Below are positions 9,258 to 19,838 of a stretch of DNA of 64,000 bases, piece after piece (position 1 is the stretch's first letter; each line of letters opens with the position of its first letter). A model generated the notes under the pieces. That model did not search any database, had not been told where the DNA came from, and saw only the letters and a program-made list of their open reading frames with translations. Source of the stretch: an uncultured delta proteobacterium. Lineage in GTDB: Bacteria > Desulfobacterota > Syntrophia > Syntrophales > UBA2185. The stretch covers positions 320,001 through 384,000 of the forward strand of contig CAVSPA010000005.1 in assembly GCA_963729715.1 (NCBI GenBank), given 5' to 3'. Position numbers and translations under genes: made by a program.

Positions 9258-11234
9258 ATGGGAGATACAGAAAAGCTTGAATTGAAGGAAGTTTATCCTG
9301 TTCCTGATTGGGCGCGCAAACAGGCGTACATTAAGAGCAGGGCCGAGTACGAGAAACTGTGGAAGCGTTCCGTGGAAGAACCTGACGCATTCTGGGCGGA
9401 GATCGCAACCGAGTATGTGGAGTGGTTCAAGAAATGGGACAAGGTAGAAGACTATAACTATGACGTTCAGAAGGGCCCAATTTACGTGAAGTACTTCGAG
9501 GGTGGTAAGCTCAATGTCTCATACAACTGTTTGGACAGGCAGCTTAAGACTCGGGGGAACAAGGTCGCCATCCAGTGGGAAGGCAACGAGCCCACTGAGG
9601 ACAAGTCTTACACCTACAAAGAGCTTTATACGGAAGTTTGCAAGTTTGCCAATGTCCTGAAGTCCCTGGGCATAAAGAAAGGTGACCGGGTATGCTTCTT
9701 TCTTCCCATGATCCCCGAGCTTGCCATCGGGATGCTGGCGTGTTCCAGGATTGGCGCTATCCACAATATAGTATTCGGCGGATTCAGCGCCGAGTCCTTA
9801 CGTGACAGGATTCAGGACAGTGAAGCCAAGATACTGGTGACCTGCGACGGGACCTTCCGTGGTGCAAAGGCAGTTCCCCAAAAGAGTGGTGCGGACGAGG
9901 CATTGAAGACCTGTCCTTCCGTCGAGAAGTCTATCGTTGTTAAGAGGGTGGGCGACAAGATCGCGTGTGAAATGAAGGCAGGCAGGGATCTCTGGTGGCA
10001 CGAATCGATGGCAAAGGCAAGCGATAAGTGCGAACCGGAGTGGATGGATGCTGAAGATCCTCTTTTCATCCTGTACACCTCGGGTTCCACTGGAAAGCCA
10101 AAAGGCGTCATGCACACAACGGGCGGGTATTTGGTGTATGTGGCCTATACACACAAGATGATTTTCGACTACCACGAGAATGACATCTTCTGGTGCACAG
10201 CCGACATCGGCTGGGTAACAGGGCACAGTTACATTGTGTACGGTCCTCTTTGCAACGGCGCTACGACGGTGATGTTTGAGGGTGTACCCAATTACCCAGA
10301 TGTGAGCCGTTTCTGGAAGGTCTGTGAAAAGTATAAAGTGACGATTTTTTACACTGCCCCTACGGCCATCCGCGCTATTGCGAAGGAGGGAACGGATTGG
10401 GTAAAGAAGGCTAACATATCATCTCTGCGGCTCTTAGGTACGGTAGGCGAGCCGATTAACCCCGAGGCGTGGCACTGGTATCATCACAATATCGGGCGTG
10501 ACGAGCTTCCTATTGTTGATACATGGTGGCAGACCGAGACCGGGGGCATTCTCATCACGCCTCTACCCGGCGCTATTGATCTCAAGCCCGGCAAGGCCAC
10601 GGTCCCCTTTATGGGAGTAGATCCAGCCATTATTGATGAAAGCGGTGCGGAGATAAAGACAACGGTTGCGAGCGGGCCCCTCTGCATAAAGAAGCCCTGG
10701 CCGGGGATCATGAGAAGGGTATACGGGGATCCCATGAGGTTCCAGGAGACCTACTTCATACAGCGCCCCGGATTCTATTACACTGGTGATGGAGCCACAA
10801 GGGACGAAGACGGCTATTATCAGCTTATGGGCCGGATCGATGACGTTATCAATGTCTCCGGGCACAGATTGGGAACGGCAGAAATTGAAAGCGCCCTCGT
10901 TGCTCATGAGAAGGTGGCAGAGGCCGCTGTTGTGGGCTATCCCCATGACATTAAGGGTCAATCCATTTACGCATATGTGACTCTCAAAACGGGCGTAAAG
11001 AAATCTGATGACTTGAGAAAAGAACTCGTAGCACACGTCAGGAAGCTCATTGGGCCAACCGCTACACCCGAAAAAATCCAGTGGGCCGATGGTCTGCCGA
11101 AGACCAGAAGTGGCAAGATCATGAGGAGGATATTGAGGAAGGTCGCTGCGAATGAGATCAGTGATCTGGGAGATACAACTACCCTGGCAGATCCTTCTGT
11201 CGTCGACGATATCGTGAAAAACAGGGTACTCTAA
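9258..11234 (+). CDS. acs: Acetyl-CoA synthetase (AMP-forming)
   Basis: [42 protein letters not shown]. Confidence 0.97.
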   Translation: MGDTEKLELKEVYPVPDWARKQAYIKSRAEYEKLWKRSVEEPDAFWAEIATEYVEWFKKWDKVEDYNYDVQKGPIYVKYFEGGKLNVSYNCLDRQLKTRGNKVAIQWEGNEPTEDKSYTYKELYTEVCKFANVLKSLGIKKGDRVCFFLPMIPELAIGMLACSRIGAIHNIVFGGFSAESLRDRIQDSEAKILVTCDGTFRGAKAVPQKSGADEALKTCPSVEKSIVVKRVGDKIACEMKAGRDLWWHESMAKASDKCEPEWMDAEDPLFILYTSGSTGKPKGVMHTTGGYLVYVAYTHKMIFDYHENDIFWCTADIGWVTGHSYIVYGPLCNGATTVMFEGVPNYPDVSRFWKVCEKYKVTIFYTAPTAIRAIAKEGTDWVKKANISSLRLLGTVGEPINPEAWHWYHHNIGRDELPIVDTWWQTETGGILITPLPGAIDLKPGKATVPFMGVDPAIIDESGAEIKTTVASGPLCIKKPWPGIMRRVYGDPMRFQETYFIQRPGFYYTGDGATRDEDGYYQLMGRIDDVINVSGHRLGTAEIESALVAHEKVAEAAVVGYPHDIKGQSIYAYVTLKTGVKKSDDLRKELVAHVRKLIGPTATPEKIQWADGLPKTRSGKIMRRILRKVAANEISDLGDTTTLADPSVVDDIVKNRVL

Positions 11235-11250
11235 GAGAAAGGAGGCAAAT

Positions 11251-12021
11251 GTGAATATCGTAGCATGTGTAAAGCAGGTTCCGGACACAGAAACCCTTAT
11301 CAAGGTGAAGCCTGATGGAACAGGGATTGACGAAGCTGGCATTAAATGGGTCATGAATCCCTATGACGAGTTTGGTGTTGAAGAAGCCCTGAAACTGAAG
11401 GAAAAGTTCGGCGGAGATGTTACCATCGTTTCCGTTGGTCCAGCGAGGGCACTGGAGACCATCAGAACAGCCCTTGCCATGGGAGCTGATAAGGGAATAC
11501 ATATAAACGATGCGGCTCTTGAAGGTGCTGATGCCTATAACATAGCCGCTGCTCTGGCTGCGGCAATCAAAGGCATTCCACACGACATTATCTTTTGCGG
11601 ACAGCGCGCCATTGATGATGACGCCGGCCAGGTAGGTTCCGTCCTTGCAGAATTCCTGGGTATCCCTCAAGTAACCTTTGTTACAAAGCTCGACGTCGAA
11701 GGTGCGTCAATAAAGGTCATAAGGCCGATTGAAGGGGCTCAACTTCTGATCGAAAGTTCACTGCCATGTGTCGTTACCGCGCAGAAAGGGCTGAACGAGC
11801 CGCGCTATGCATCACTTCCGGGAATAATGAAGGCAAAGAAAAAACCTGTCGATGTTAAGGATGCTGCAGGTCTGGGAGTAACTGTTGCCCCCAAAGCAAA
11901 GATCGCCAAGACCTTGCCGCCTCCTGCCAGACCTCCCGGAAAGATTATCTGCGGTGAAGAGCCGGCGGAAAAGGCCAGAGAACTGGCGAAACTGCTCAGG
12001 GAAGAGGCGAAGGTTATTTAA
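11251..12021 (+). CDS. etfB: Electron transfer flavoprotein beta subunit
   Basis: CVKQVPDT, MNPYDE, AMGAD, NEPRYASL. Confidence 0.96.
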   Translation: MNIVACVKQVPDTETLIKVKPDGTGIDEAGIKWVMNPYDEFGVEEALKLKEKFGGDVTIVSVGPARALETIRTALAMGADKGIHINDAALEGADAYNIAAALAAAIKGIPHDIIFCGQRAIDDDAGQVGSVLAEFLGIPQVTFVTKLDVEGASIKVIRPIEGAQLLIESSLPCVVTAQKGLNEPRYASLPGIMKAKKKPVDVKDAAGLGVTVAPKAKIAKTLPPPARPPGKIICGEEPAEKARELAKLLREEAKVI

Positions 12022-12065
12022 GAGCTTGTGGCTGAGCTTTCTTAATATATATGGAGGAAAGTAAA

Positions 12066-13043
12066 ATGGCAAAAGGTGTATGGATCGTTGCGGAGCAGAG
12101 ATATGGAGCTTACCGCAAGATAAGTTTTGAACTTGTCAGTGCAGCCAGAAAACTCGCCGACCAACTCGGGGAAGAGGTGGGCGCCATCCTGCTTGGTTCC
12201 GGGATTGAGGGGATAGCAGGTGAGTTAGGAAAATACGGTGCAGATAAAGTCTATGTGGCGGATAACGCCCTTTTTGAACCCTACACAACAGACGCACATG
12301 CTGCGGCAATTGCAAAGCTGGTTAAGGAACAGAATCCGTCCATTCTGCTTCTTGGCGCTTCCGCCCAGGGCAAGGATCTGTCTTCACGCCTAGTGGGCAA
12401 GCTGGCAACCGGAATGGCAACGGACTGTGTTGACTTAAAGATAGCTGATGGTAAGTTGATTTCTGTAAGACCCATGTACGCCGGGAAATGCAATGGCGAG
12501 GTCGTTGTATCTGCATTTCCCCAGATGGCGTCGCTCCGTCCGAACGTATTTCCTGCCGTTGAAAATCCTAAGACGGCGGAAGTTGTCAAATTCGATCCCG
12601 GTCTGGATGCAAGTCAGCTGAAAACGAAGGTGCTTGAGGTACAGAAGGATACATCCGGAAAGGTTGACCTCACGGAGGCCAACATAATCGTATCCGGCGG
12701 ACGCGGAATGAAAGGTCCCGAAAACTACGTGATCATCGAGGAACTGGCGGACGTTTTGGGAGCCACAGTCGGAGCATCAAGAGCAGCAGTGGATGCCGGC
12801 TGGCGGCCGCAGAAGGACCAGGTGGGGCAGACCGGAAAGGTAGTCTCCCCCAATCTTTACATTGCCTGCGGCATATCTGGAGCTATTCAGCATCTTGCCG
12901 GTATGGGTTCTTCCAAATACATTGTGGCAATCAATAAAGACCCGGACGCCCCCATCTTCGCAAGGGCTGATTACGGCATTGTGGACGACCTTTTCAAAGT
13001 CGTCCCGGAACTGACGAAGGAAGTCAAAAAGCTTCTGGCGTAA
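12066..13043 (+). CDS. etfA: Electron transfer flavoprotein alpha subunit
   Basis: [33 protein letters not shown]. Confidence 0.96.
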   Translation: MAKGVWIVAEQRYGAYRKISFELVSAARKLADQLGEEVGAILLGSGIEGIAGELGKYGADKVYVADNALFEPYTTDAHAAAIAKLVKEQNPSILLLGASAQGKDLSSRLVGKLATGMATDCVDLKIADGKLISVRPMYAGKCNGEVVVSAFPQMASLRPNVFPAVENPKTAEVVKFDPGLDASQLKTKVLEVQKDTSGKVDLTEANIIVSGGRGMKGPENYVIIEELADVLGATVGASRAAVDAGWRPQKDQVGQTGKVVSPNLYIACGISGAIQHLAGMGSSKYIVAINKDPDAPIFARADYGIVDDLFKVVPELTKEVKKLLA

Positions 13044-13054
13044 TGAAACAAACC

Positions 13055-13083
13055 TGGGGGTGCTACATCACCCCCATTTTTTT
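13055..13083 (+). terminator. Intra-operon hairpin with U-tract between etfA and the FeS oxidoreductase
   Basis: tgggggtg-ctacat-caccccca followed by T7. Confidence 0.55.
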
Positions 13084-13098
13084 GTAGCGAGGAGACTT

Positions 13099-15228
13099 AT
13101 GGAACTGTCAAAGTTTTCAGTCGGTAATGAAGGACGAGAGGTTTTCTGGAATGCTGAGAATTTTGAGGGACTCCTTTTTGCCTTTACTGCTATCGCCATG
13201 GCCATTTTTGTTTACGGCATTTACAGAAGGTGGCAGTTGTGGACCGCTATCGGCAAACCAGAGATCAGAAATGATCAGATCAAGGAGCGAATCAAACTGC
13301 TTCTGAAAAACGGCCTCTTTCAGATTAAGACATTCAGAGACATCTATCCCGGCATAATGCACGGATTGATTTTTTTCGGATTCATCGGCCTTATATTCGG
13401 CGCTGCGTTTGATGCGACGGAATTCCATGTGGGCGAGCCGTATGGTTTTCCCTTCGTGATAGGAAAATTCTATCTTATCTTCTCCTTCCTCATGGAAGTG
13501 TTCGGATTGTTCGTTCTCGCCGGGGTATTCATGGCGTTGGATAGGAGATACATAACCAAGCCTGAGCGTCTCGGTTATAAGGGTGAGCCGGATAATACGC
13601 CCGATGATGCAATCGTGCTTCTTCTTCTGGGAGGCATCATCCTTACGGGATTTGTCATCGAGGCACTGAGAATCCACGTCACCAATCCACCGTGGGAAGT
13701 ATGGTCGTTCGCCGGCTATACCCTGGCAAAGGCATTCGCCGGAGTGGATAACAACACTGCAAGAATTCTTCATAAGGTAATGTGGTGGACTCACACCTTT
13801 ATGGCCTTAGGCTTCATAGCCTATATCCCCTACTCACGGCTGATCCATATCATTACCACCCCCGCGAATCACTTCATGGCATCTTTGAAACCGGTGGGTA
13901 ATATTGAACCGATCCGGGATTTTGAAACAGCAGAATCCTTTGGTGCGGGGCAACTCGAGGATTTCACCTGGAAGCAGGTGTTCGATTCCGACGCCTGCAC
14001 CCGTTGCGGACGGTGCCAGGATGGTTGCCCGGCTTACCTGTCGGGCAAGGCACTTTCTCCAAAAAAGGTCGTGCAGGATTTGAAGACCTACTGGCTTGAG
14101 AGAGCTCCATTGGTAGCAGCCGCAAAGAAAGCCGCTGGCAAAGCTACGGAAGGCTCAGCACCGGAAATGCCGGCGCCAGCAAAGGCCATGGTAGGTGAGG
14201 TCATCGATCTTCATGAATTGTGGGCCTGCACAAACTGCATGTATTGCATGGAGCACTGCCCATCGTCTATTGAACATGTTCCCAAGATCATCAACATGAG
14301 GCAGTACAAGGTCTTGACGGAAGCGGATTTTGCCCCCGAACTCCAGTTAACGTACAGAAACATGGAGAACAACTCCAACCCCTGGGGCGTCGGTTCCCAT
14401 CTCAGGTCCGACTGGGCAAAGGAATTGGGTGTCAAGACCTTGGCTGAGGATCCGAATGTAGAGTATCTGTTCTACGTCGGGTGCTCCGGGTCCTTCGACG
14501 AAAGAGGAAAGAAGGTGTCTATGGCCTTTACGAAGATCCTCCAAACGGCCGGCGTCAGTTTCGGCATCCTCGGTACTGAAGAGGGATGCTGCGGCGACTC
14601 AGCCATGAGAGGAGGAAATGAGTATCTCTCTCAGACTCTGATGCAAACGAATATCGAGATCATGAATGGCTATGGCGTCAAGAAAATAATCTGCACGTGT
14701 CCTCACGGGTATAATACCCTGAAGAAGGATTACCCCCACTTCGGCGGCAACTATGAGGTATATCACCACACTGAAATCATCGCTAATCTGATTGCCGCAG
14801 GAAAGATAACTTTGAACAAACCCGTGGACGGCATGTTCACTTATCATGACTCGTGCTTCCTCGGCAGATACAACAATATCTATGACCAGCCGAGGAGAAT
14901 TCTAGCTGCCATTCCCGGAATGAAACTGGCGGAGATGGATCGTAAGCTTGATAAGAGCTTCTGTTGCGGCGCCGGCGGTGCGAGAATGTGGATGGAGGAA
15001 CATGACGGCGAAAGAATCAATAATATGAGAACCGACCAGGCCATTGACGTAAATGCAACTAACATTGCCGTCGCATGCCCTTTCTGCCTGACCATGTTGA
15101 CAGACGGCATCAAGGCAAGAGAAAAGGAAGAAAAAATGGCTTCCCTTGACATTGCCGAAATCGTCTGGAGGGCAATGGGCTTGGAAGAGGAGAAACCATC
15201 GGCAGATGTGTGCGCAACGACTGAATAG
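13099..15228 (+). CDS. Membrane heme-b/FeS oxidoreductase with CCG domains (ETF:menaquinone oxidoreductase, EMO-like)
   Basis: N-terminal TM helices with His ligands, CTRCGRCQDGCP and CTNCMYCMEHCP, CCG motifs (GCCGD, HDSC, FCCGAGG); directly after etfBA. Confidence 0.88.
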   Translation: MELSKFSVGNEGREVFWNAENFEGLLFAFTAIAMAIFVYGIYRRWQLWTAIGKPEIRNDQIKERIKLLLKNGLFQIKTFRDIYPGIMHGLIFFGFIGLIFGAAFDATEFHVGEPYGFPFVIGKFYLIFSFLMEVFGLFVLAGVFMALDRRYITKPERLGYKGEPDNTPDDAIVLLLLGGIILTGFVIEALRIHVTNPPWEVWSFAGYTLAKAFAGVDNNTARILHKVMWWTHTFMALGFIAYIPYSRLIHIITTPANHFMASLKPVGNIEPIRDFETAESFGAGQLEDFTWKQVFDSDACTRCGRCQDGCPAYLSGKALSPKKVVQDLKTYWLERAPLVAAAKKAAGKATEGSAPEMPAPAKAMVGEVIDLHELWACTNCMYCMEHCPSSIEHVPKIINMRQYKVLTEADFAPELQLTYRNMENNSNPWGVGSHLRSDWAKELGVKTLAEDPNVEYLFYVGCSGSFDERGKKVSMAFTKILQTAGVSFGILGTEEGCCGDSAMRGGNEYLSQTLMQTNIEIMNGYGVKKIICTCPHGYNTLKKDYPHFGGNYEVYHHTEIIANLIAAGKITLNKPVDGMFTYHDSCFLGRYNNIYDQPRRILAAIPGMKLAEMDRKLDKSFCCGAGGARMWMEEHDGERINNMRTDQAIDVNATNIAVACPFCLTMLTDGIKAREKEEKMASLDIAEIVWRAMGLEEEKPSADVCATTE

Positions 15229-15258
15229 TTCAGCCAAAAAGAGAATATAGATTTTCTC

Positions 15259-15292
15259 AAAAAGCCCCATTGCTGATGAGTGGGGCTTTTTT
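15259..15292 (+). terminator. Rho-independent terminator
   Basis: aaaagccccat..gtggggctttttt. Confidence 0.85.
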
Positions 15293-15299
15293 ATTACCA

Positions 15300-16632
15300 C
15301 CTATTGCCTCATAAATAAATGTTACCGAAGGATAGCTGCATGAGAGGAACGTTGCCTCATAAAGAATGTTACCCATGGTTGTCGTTTATGGAGGAGATTT
15401 TTTTAAGTTTTGTTTCCATAGTTTTTCTTAGCAGAAAGTGGTTAAGATTTTCAAGTTGTTTAGAGAGTGAGAGTTTTACTGTTTCAGGCAAATGAGGAGA
15501 GTCCATGACTCTCTGATAAGGTGTTTTCGGTTTGTCATGTTGTTTGACAGTTTTAGAACCGATACGTTCTTTGGCAATGAGTTTCACGGAGGGGCAGAAG
15601 AAGTTATGGAAGAGCCTCCATTCGTTACGGTAGAGGTTATTAAGAAGGGGTACGGCCCGTGGATTATCTAATCTCTGGTAGCCGAGCCATTGACGTACAT
15701 GGGTCCAGTTTTTCTGTTCCACATGTGCGTTATCATCTTTGTGGTACGGTCTGCTGCGGGTGAATTTTACGGGGTGTTTTCGTTGGGTAAAATGCCTCAC
15801 GAGGTGATAATTTAAGAACTCTGATCCGTTATCGCAATCGAAGCCAAGGAGTGGGAAGGGGAGCGTTTTTTCTATGTCTTTGATTTGTTGAAGGACACCT
15901 GTTTCTCCTTTACCCCACACAGCTCTTTGTTCTGTCCATCCGGTGGCGATGTCCACGCAGTCTATGGTATATGCGTACATTCCCAGCAATGACTCGCCAC
16001 AATGGGCTACGGTATCGGCTTCAAGGAATCCCGGTTTTGATTCATCCCACTGGTTTGTTTGTATAGGGATTTGTTTTCTCAGGAGGGTCCCTGGCTTTGT
16101 AGTGGATCTGCCACGTTTCTTGTATTGTATACGGGTAGGTTGAAGGAGCCTGTCTATGGTGGCCGGGGAGATTTTCACCAGGGCTTCAACAACCGTGGGA
16201 GGAAGTTTACCAAAGAGTTGGACATAGCTTGGCAGCCAGAGCGGTAAAATAGCTTTTAGGCGTTTTGAACAGGGGAGATTCGCTGCCAGCCATATCTGTT
16301 TTAAGGGCTTCAGAATCTCCTCATTTTGATAAACGGGAGGCTTCCCTCGCTTCTTCGGTCTTGGCTTTGTGAAGCGTTTAAATCTCCTGAGAAGGCGTAT
16401 GGCATGTTTCCTATGGTATCCGCACGTTGTGCAGAACTCGTTCAGGATAATTGTTTTTTCATGGCGGGAAGCATTTTTATAGCGTAAATGGATTGCCCTG
16501 GTGTACTCTTTTTTCGATCGTGGACTCATCGATTACCCTCCTTTCGGAAGTCGATGTTCGGTAACATCGAATTATGAGTCAACGATCTCTTTTATTCACC
16601 TCCTTGGGTAACATTTAATGTGAGGCAATTCG
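15300..16632 (-). mobile_element. Insertion sequence (DDE/rve transposase), about 1.33 kb, two repeated end motifs per side, putative 4-bp TSD ACCA
   Basis: Motif TTG(C/A)CTCA..TGTTACC at 15304-15326 and 15352-15373, inverted at 16560-16582 and 16607-16628; ACCA at 15296-15299 and 16633-16636, equidistant from the IRs. Confidence 0.85.
15369..16529 (-). CDS. Transposase, integrase-core (DDE) family
   Basis: GFLEADTVAHCG, DCDNGSEF, TRSRPYHKDDNAHVEQKN. Confidence 0.92.
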   Translation of the reverse strand: MSPRSKKEYTRAIHLRYKNASRHEKTIILNEFCTTCGYHRKHAIRLLRRFKRFTKPRPKKRGKPPVYQNEEILKPLKQIWLAANLPCSKRLKAILPLWLPSYVQLFGKLPPTVVEALVKISPATIDRLLQPTRIQYKKRGRSTTKPGTLLRKQIPIQTNQWDESKPGFLEADTVAHCGESLLGMYAYTIDCVDIATGWTEQRAVWGKGETGVLQQIKDIEKTLPFPLLGFDCDNGSEFLNYHLVRHFTQRKHPVKFTRSRPYHKDDNAHVEQKNWTHVRQWLGYQRLDNPRAVPLLNNLYRNEWRLFHNFFCPSVKLIAKERIGSKTVKQHDKPKTPYQRVMDSPHLPETVKLSLSKQLENLNHFLLRKTMETKLKKISSINDNHG

Positions 16633-16828
16633 ACCATGTCATTGGAGTTGTATTTGAATGACATATGATGTAAAATCGGCGCTGCTCGCAATGGAATATT
16701 TAGATCTTAACAGCAAACATCGGCGGCGTTTGACCGTTAAGGAATAGTCCTGTTGGGCATTCACTCGCTTCCGTATTCAATACATGACCTAATAGAGAAT
16801 ACTTATACTAGAAAAGGAGGGCATGCAT

Positions 16829-18526
16829 ATGGCTGAAAAGATCAGGTACCAGGATAAACCATGGCTGAAGTTCTATGAAAAGGGAGTACCGGAAAAAATC
16901 AGTTACGAAGAGATATGCATGCCGGATATACTCGACAGGACGGCGAAAGAGTTTACCGATAAGACAGCGCTTATATTTCAGGGGTACAAAGTAACTTATC
17001 GCCAATTTAAGGAAATGGTGGATAAATTCGCAGCATGCCTCGCCGACTTCGGCATTAAGCAGGGAGATGCCGTGGCGATCCTTCTGCCAAACCTGATACC
17101 ATGTGTTGTAGCATATTTTTCCATATTGAAGGTTGGTGCAATTGCGGTGATGAATAACCCCCTCTACACGGACCGCGAGCTCGAGCATCAATTCAATGAC
17201 TCCGGTTCCAAAGCCCTGATCACTCTTGACCTGCTGGCAAACCGGATGATTGATCTCAGACCCAAGACAAAGATCAAGCAGATCGTATACACTTCCATAG
17301 GCGATTATCTGCCATTTCCCAAAAGCCTCCTCTTCCCACTCATCGCTAAAAAGAAAAAGCTTGCCGCAGATGTCAAAGAGGCGCCGGATGTATTTAAGTG
17401 GAAAGATTGCATTGCCAAGTATCCGCAGAGACCGCCGGCTGTTCAATTAGGTTTCGAGGATGTCGCCATGTACCAATACACGGGAGGCACGACAGGAGTA
17501 TCGAAGGGCGTAATGCTCACCCATGCCAACCTAAGCAAACAGGTCCAGCAGTTGGAAGCGTGGTTTCCCCAATTTGAGAAGGGAATGCAAACAGTCCTGG
17601 GGGCGCTGCCGTATTTTCATGTTTTCGGCCTTTCGACAGCCATGAATTTTGCTGTCCACACAGGTGCAAATCAAGTATTGGTTCCGAGGCCCCAGCCCGA
17701 GCCTCTTCTGGAGGCCATAGGAAAATTCAAGCCCACATTCGCAGCACTCGTGCCTACCATGTACATCGGAATGCTCAATCACCCTGCCCTGAAAGAAACT
17801 GACATGAGTTGCATCAGAGGTGCCTTTTCCGGAAGCGCTCCTCTCCCCGTAGAAGTCATCCATGAATTTGAGAGAATAACAGGGGCCGTAATTGTTGAAG
17901 GATTCGGCTTGACAGAAACGACACCGGTTACCCATATCAATCCTTTCGGGGGTGTCCGTAAAGTAGGCAGTATCGGTGTGCCCATCTCCGACACTGAGTG
18001 CCGCATTGTCAGCCTTGACGACGGTGTGACAGATATGCAGACAGGGGAGCCTGGAGAGCTGATCATCAGGGGACCGCAAGTTATGAAGGGCTACAAGGAC
18101 ATGCCGGACGAGACGGCAAACACGCTTCGTAACGGCTGGTGTTATACAGGAGACATCGCCACAATCGATCAGGATGGATATTTCTATATTGTGGATCGAA
18201 AGAAGGATATGATCATATCCGGCGGTTTCAATATCTACCCAAGGGATATTGACGAGGTATTATACGAGCACCCCAAGGTGCAAGAAGCATGTACTATCGG
18301 AATCCCCGATCCCAAGAGAGGGGAAAACGTGAAGGTATTCGTAGTCCTCAAGCAAGGAGCAACGGCGACCCAGGAAGAACTTCTGGAATATTGTGCAACA
18401 AAGCTGGCGAAATACAAACTCCCCGCAGAGATTGAGTTCCGCAAAGAGCTGCCGAAAACAAATGTGGGGAAAATCCTGCGTAAGCAGCTCAGAGCCGAGG
18501 AGCTGGAAAAAAGAAAAAAGAAATAG
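16829..18526 (+). CDS. Long-chain fatty acid--CoA ligase (FadD-like)
   Basis: YTGGTTGVSKG, EGFGLTE, TGDIA, IVDRKKDMI, PKTNVGK. Confidence 0.93.
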   Translation: MAEKIRYQDKPWLKFYEKGVPEKISYEEICMPDILDRTAKEFTDKTALIFQGYKVTYRQFKEMVDKFAACLADFGIKQGDAVAILLPNLIPCVVAYFSILKVGAIAVMNNPLYTDRELEHQFNDSGSKALITLDLLANRMIDLRPKTKIKQIVYTSIGDYLPFPKSLLFPLIAKKKKLAADVKEAPDVFKWKDCIAKYPQRPPAVQLGFEDVAMYQYTGGTTGVSKGVMLTHANLSKQVQQLEAWFPQFEKGMQTVLGALPYFHVFGLSTAMNFAVHTGANQVLVPRPQPEPLLEAIGKFKPTFAALVPTMYIGMLNHPALKETDMSCIRGAFSGSAPLPVEVIHEFERITGAVIVEGFGLTETTPVTHINPFGGVRKVGSIGVPISDTECRIVSLDDGVTDMQTGEPGELIIRGPQVMKGYKDMPDETANTLRNGWCYTGDIATIDQDGYFYIVDRKKDMIISGGFNIYPRDIDEVLYEHPKVQEACTIGIPDPKRGENVKVFVVLKQGATATQEELLEYCATKLAKYKLPAEIEFRKELPKTNVGKILRKQLRAEELEKRKKK

Positions 18527-18536
18527 CGACAACCCC

Positions 18537-18584
18537 AAAATCCCCCTGACCTTCCCTTTACCGAAGGGAGGATGGGGGATTTTT
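18537..18584. repeat. REP-like palindrome, probably a bidirectional terminator between convergent genes
   Basis: aaaatccccc-tgacc-ttccctt-taccg-aaggga-ggat-gggggatttt; related copy at 63425-63472. Confidence 0.6.
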
Positions 18585-18622
18585 GCGCCTGAACTCCTTA
18601 TTACGGAGCCTTTCCTCTAATT

Positions 18623-19831
18623 CTATGCCCCGAACTTCTCGAGTCTCCCGGCATGGGCCAAGGCAAGCCCCATCAGATGGACCATCGGCATCCTTCCCAA
18701 CCCACCTGAGATACAGTCTCTTTCGCCAAACCGCTTTACGCGGTCCGGCCTCGCGGTTGCCGAATAGAGGAGAATCGGCAACGGATGCCAGCTATGGGAG
18801 GCAAGAGCAGCCGGGGTGGAGTGATCACCTGTAATAACCAATACGTCAGGTTTGAGATCCGTAACCATGGGGACAAGCGAGTCCACCTCTTCGATAACCT
18901 TCACCTTCGCATCGAAATTGCCATCTTCGCCCCGCGAATCCGTTGCCTTGACATGAACGAAGAAGAAGTCATACTTTCCGTAGTTTTCGCGTAGGGCCAT
19001 AATTTCCCCTTTAAGCGAATCTGGCTGAGGGCCAATAACCATGCCCAGAAGCCGTGCAATGCCGCGGTACATAGGATAGGTGGCAATGGCCAAGGCATTG
19101 AGACCGAACCGTTCGCTTAAGTACGGATACCTTCTGTACGTGGAATAGCCTCGGAGGAGAAGCATATTCGCCTTCTCTTCATCGGAAAGCACTTCCTTCG
19201 CCTTGTCGATAAGCTTCTGAAGAATACCAGATGTTTCTTCCGCTTCTGGGATGAGAGCTTTCGGCGGTAACGCCTGAAGCCCCGTCTTTTGCGGGTCCGT
19301 CTCTTGAATCTCCTCCCGGAGGCGATCTCTTCTCAGGGCTAAAAGGGCACGGTGTTCCCGAACCGGCTCAAAGATGACCTCGACATCCGATACTTTCTGG
19401 ATCTTGTTCTGCAGTTTTCTGCAGATTCTCTTGTTAGTCTCATTGTCGATCCGGCCTGCGCGGCGATCAGTGATAACACCGTTCTTGTCGATCGTGGCAA
19501 AGTTGATCCTGATAAGGAGATCCCGCTCAGTCATGGGGAAGTCGATCCCGGCTGCCTCCAGTATCCCCCGGCCGATGTTGTTCTTGATCGGATCATAACC
19601 AAAGAGGGCGAAGTGGGCGGGTCCGCTGCCCGGTGTGACCCCATATCCCACAGGGTCCAGAAGGCCGCAGACGGATCTTGCGGCGAGGGCATCCATATTG
19701 GGTGTCTTCGCCGCTTCCAACTCCGTTTGATCCCCTTGTCCCATGGGTAGGCCGCCAAGCCCGTCCATGATGAGAAAAATAATCTTCGTGCTATTTTTTA
19801 CAACAAGGCTGTCAATGAATTCTGGATCCAT
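18623..19831 (-). CDS. apgM: 2,3-bisphosphoglycerate-independent phosphoglycerate mutase (ApgM type)
   Basis: DGLGG, TPGSGPAH, GRGILEA, HVKATD, TGDHSTP, HSWHP. Confidence 0.92.
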   Translation of the reverse strand: MDPEFIDSLVVKNSTKIIFLIMDGLGGLPMGQGDQTELEAAKTPNMDALAARSVCGLLDPVGYGVTPGSGPAHFALFGYDPIKNNIGRGILEAAGIDFPMTERDLLIRINFATIDKNGVITDRRAGRIDNETNKRICRKLQNKIQKVSDVEVIFEPVREHRALLALRRDRLREEIQETDPQKTGLQALPPKALIPEAEETSGILQKLIDKAKEVLSDEEKANMLLLRGYSTYRRYPYLSERFGLNALAIATYPMYRGIARLLGMVIGPQPDSLKGEIMALRENYGKYDFFFVHVKATDSRGEDGNFDAKVKVIEEVDSLVPMVTDLKPDVLVITGDHSTPAALASHSWHPLPILLYSATARPDRVKRFGERDCISGGLGRMPMVHLMGLALAHAGRLEKFGA

Positions 19832-19838
19832 AAGCGCC

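Noticed and set aside
10563..11354. Long antisense ORFs (this one and others such as 13117-13794, 19743-20351, 31799-32464)
   Set aside because: Shadow frames opposite well-supported conserved genes
15304..15373. Two ~22-bp repeats with a spacer, resembling a mini-CRISPR
   Set aside because: Inverted copies at the other side of the transposase show they are IS end motifs; no cas genes
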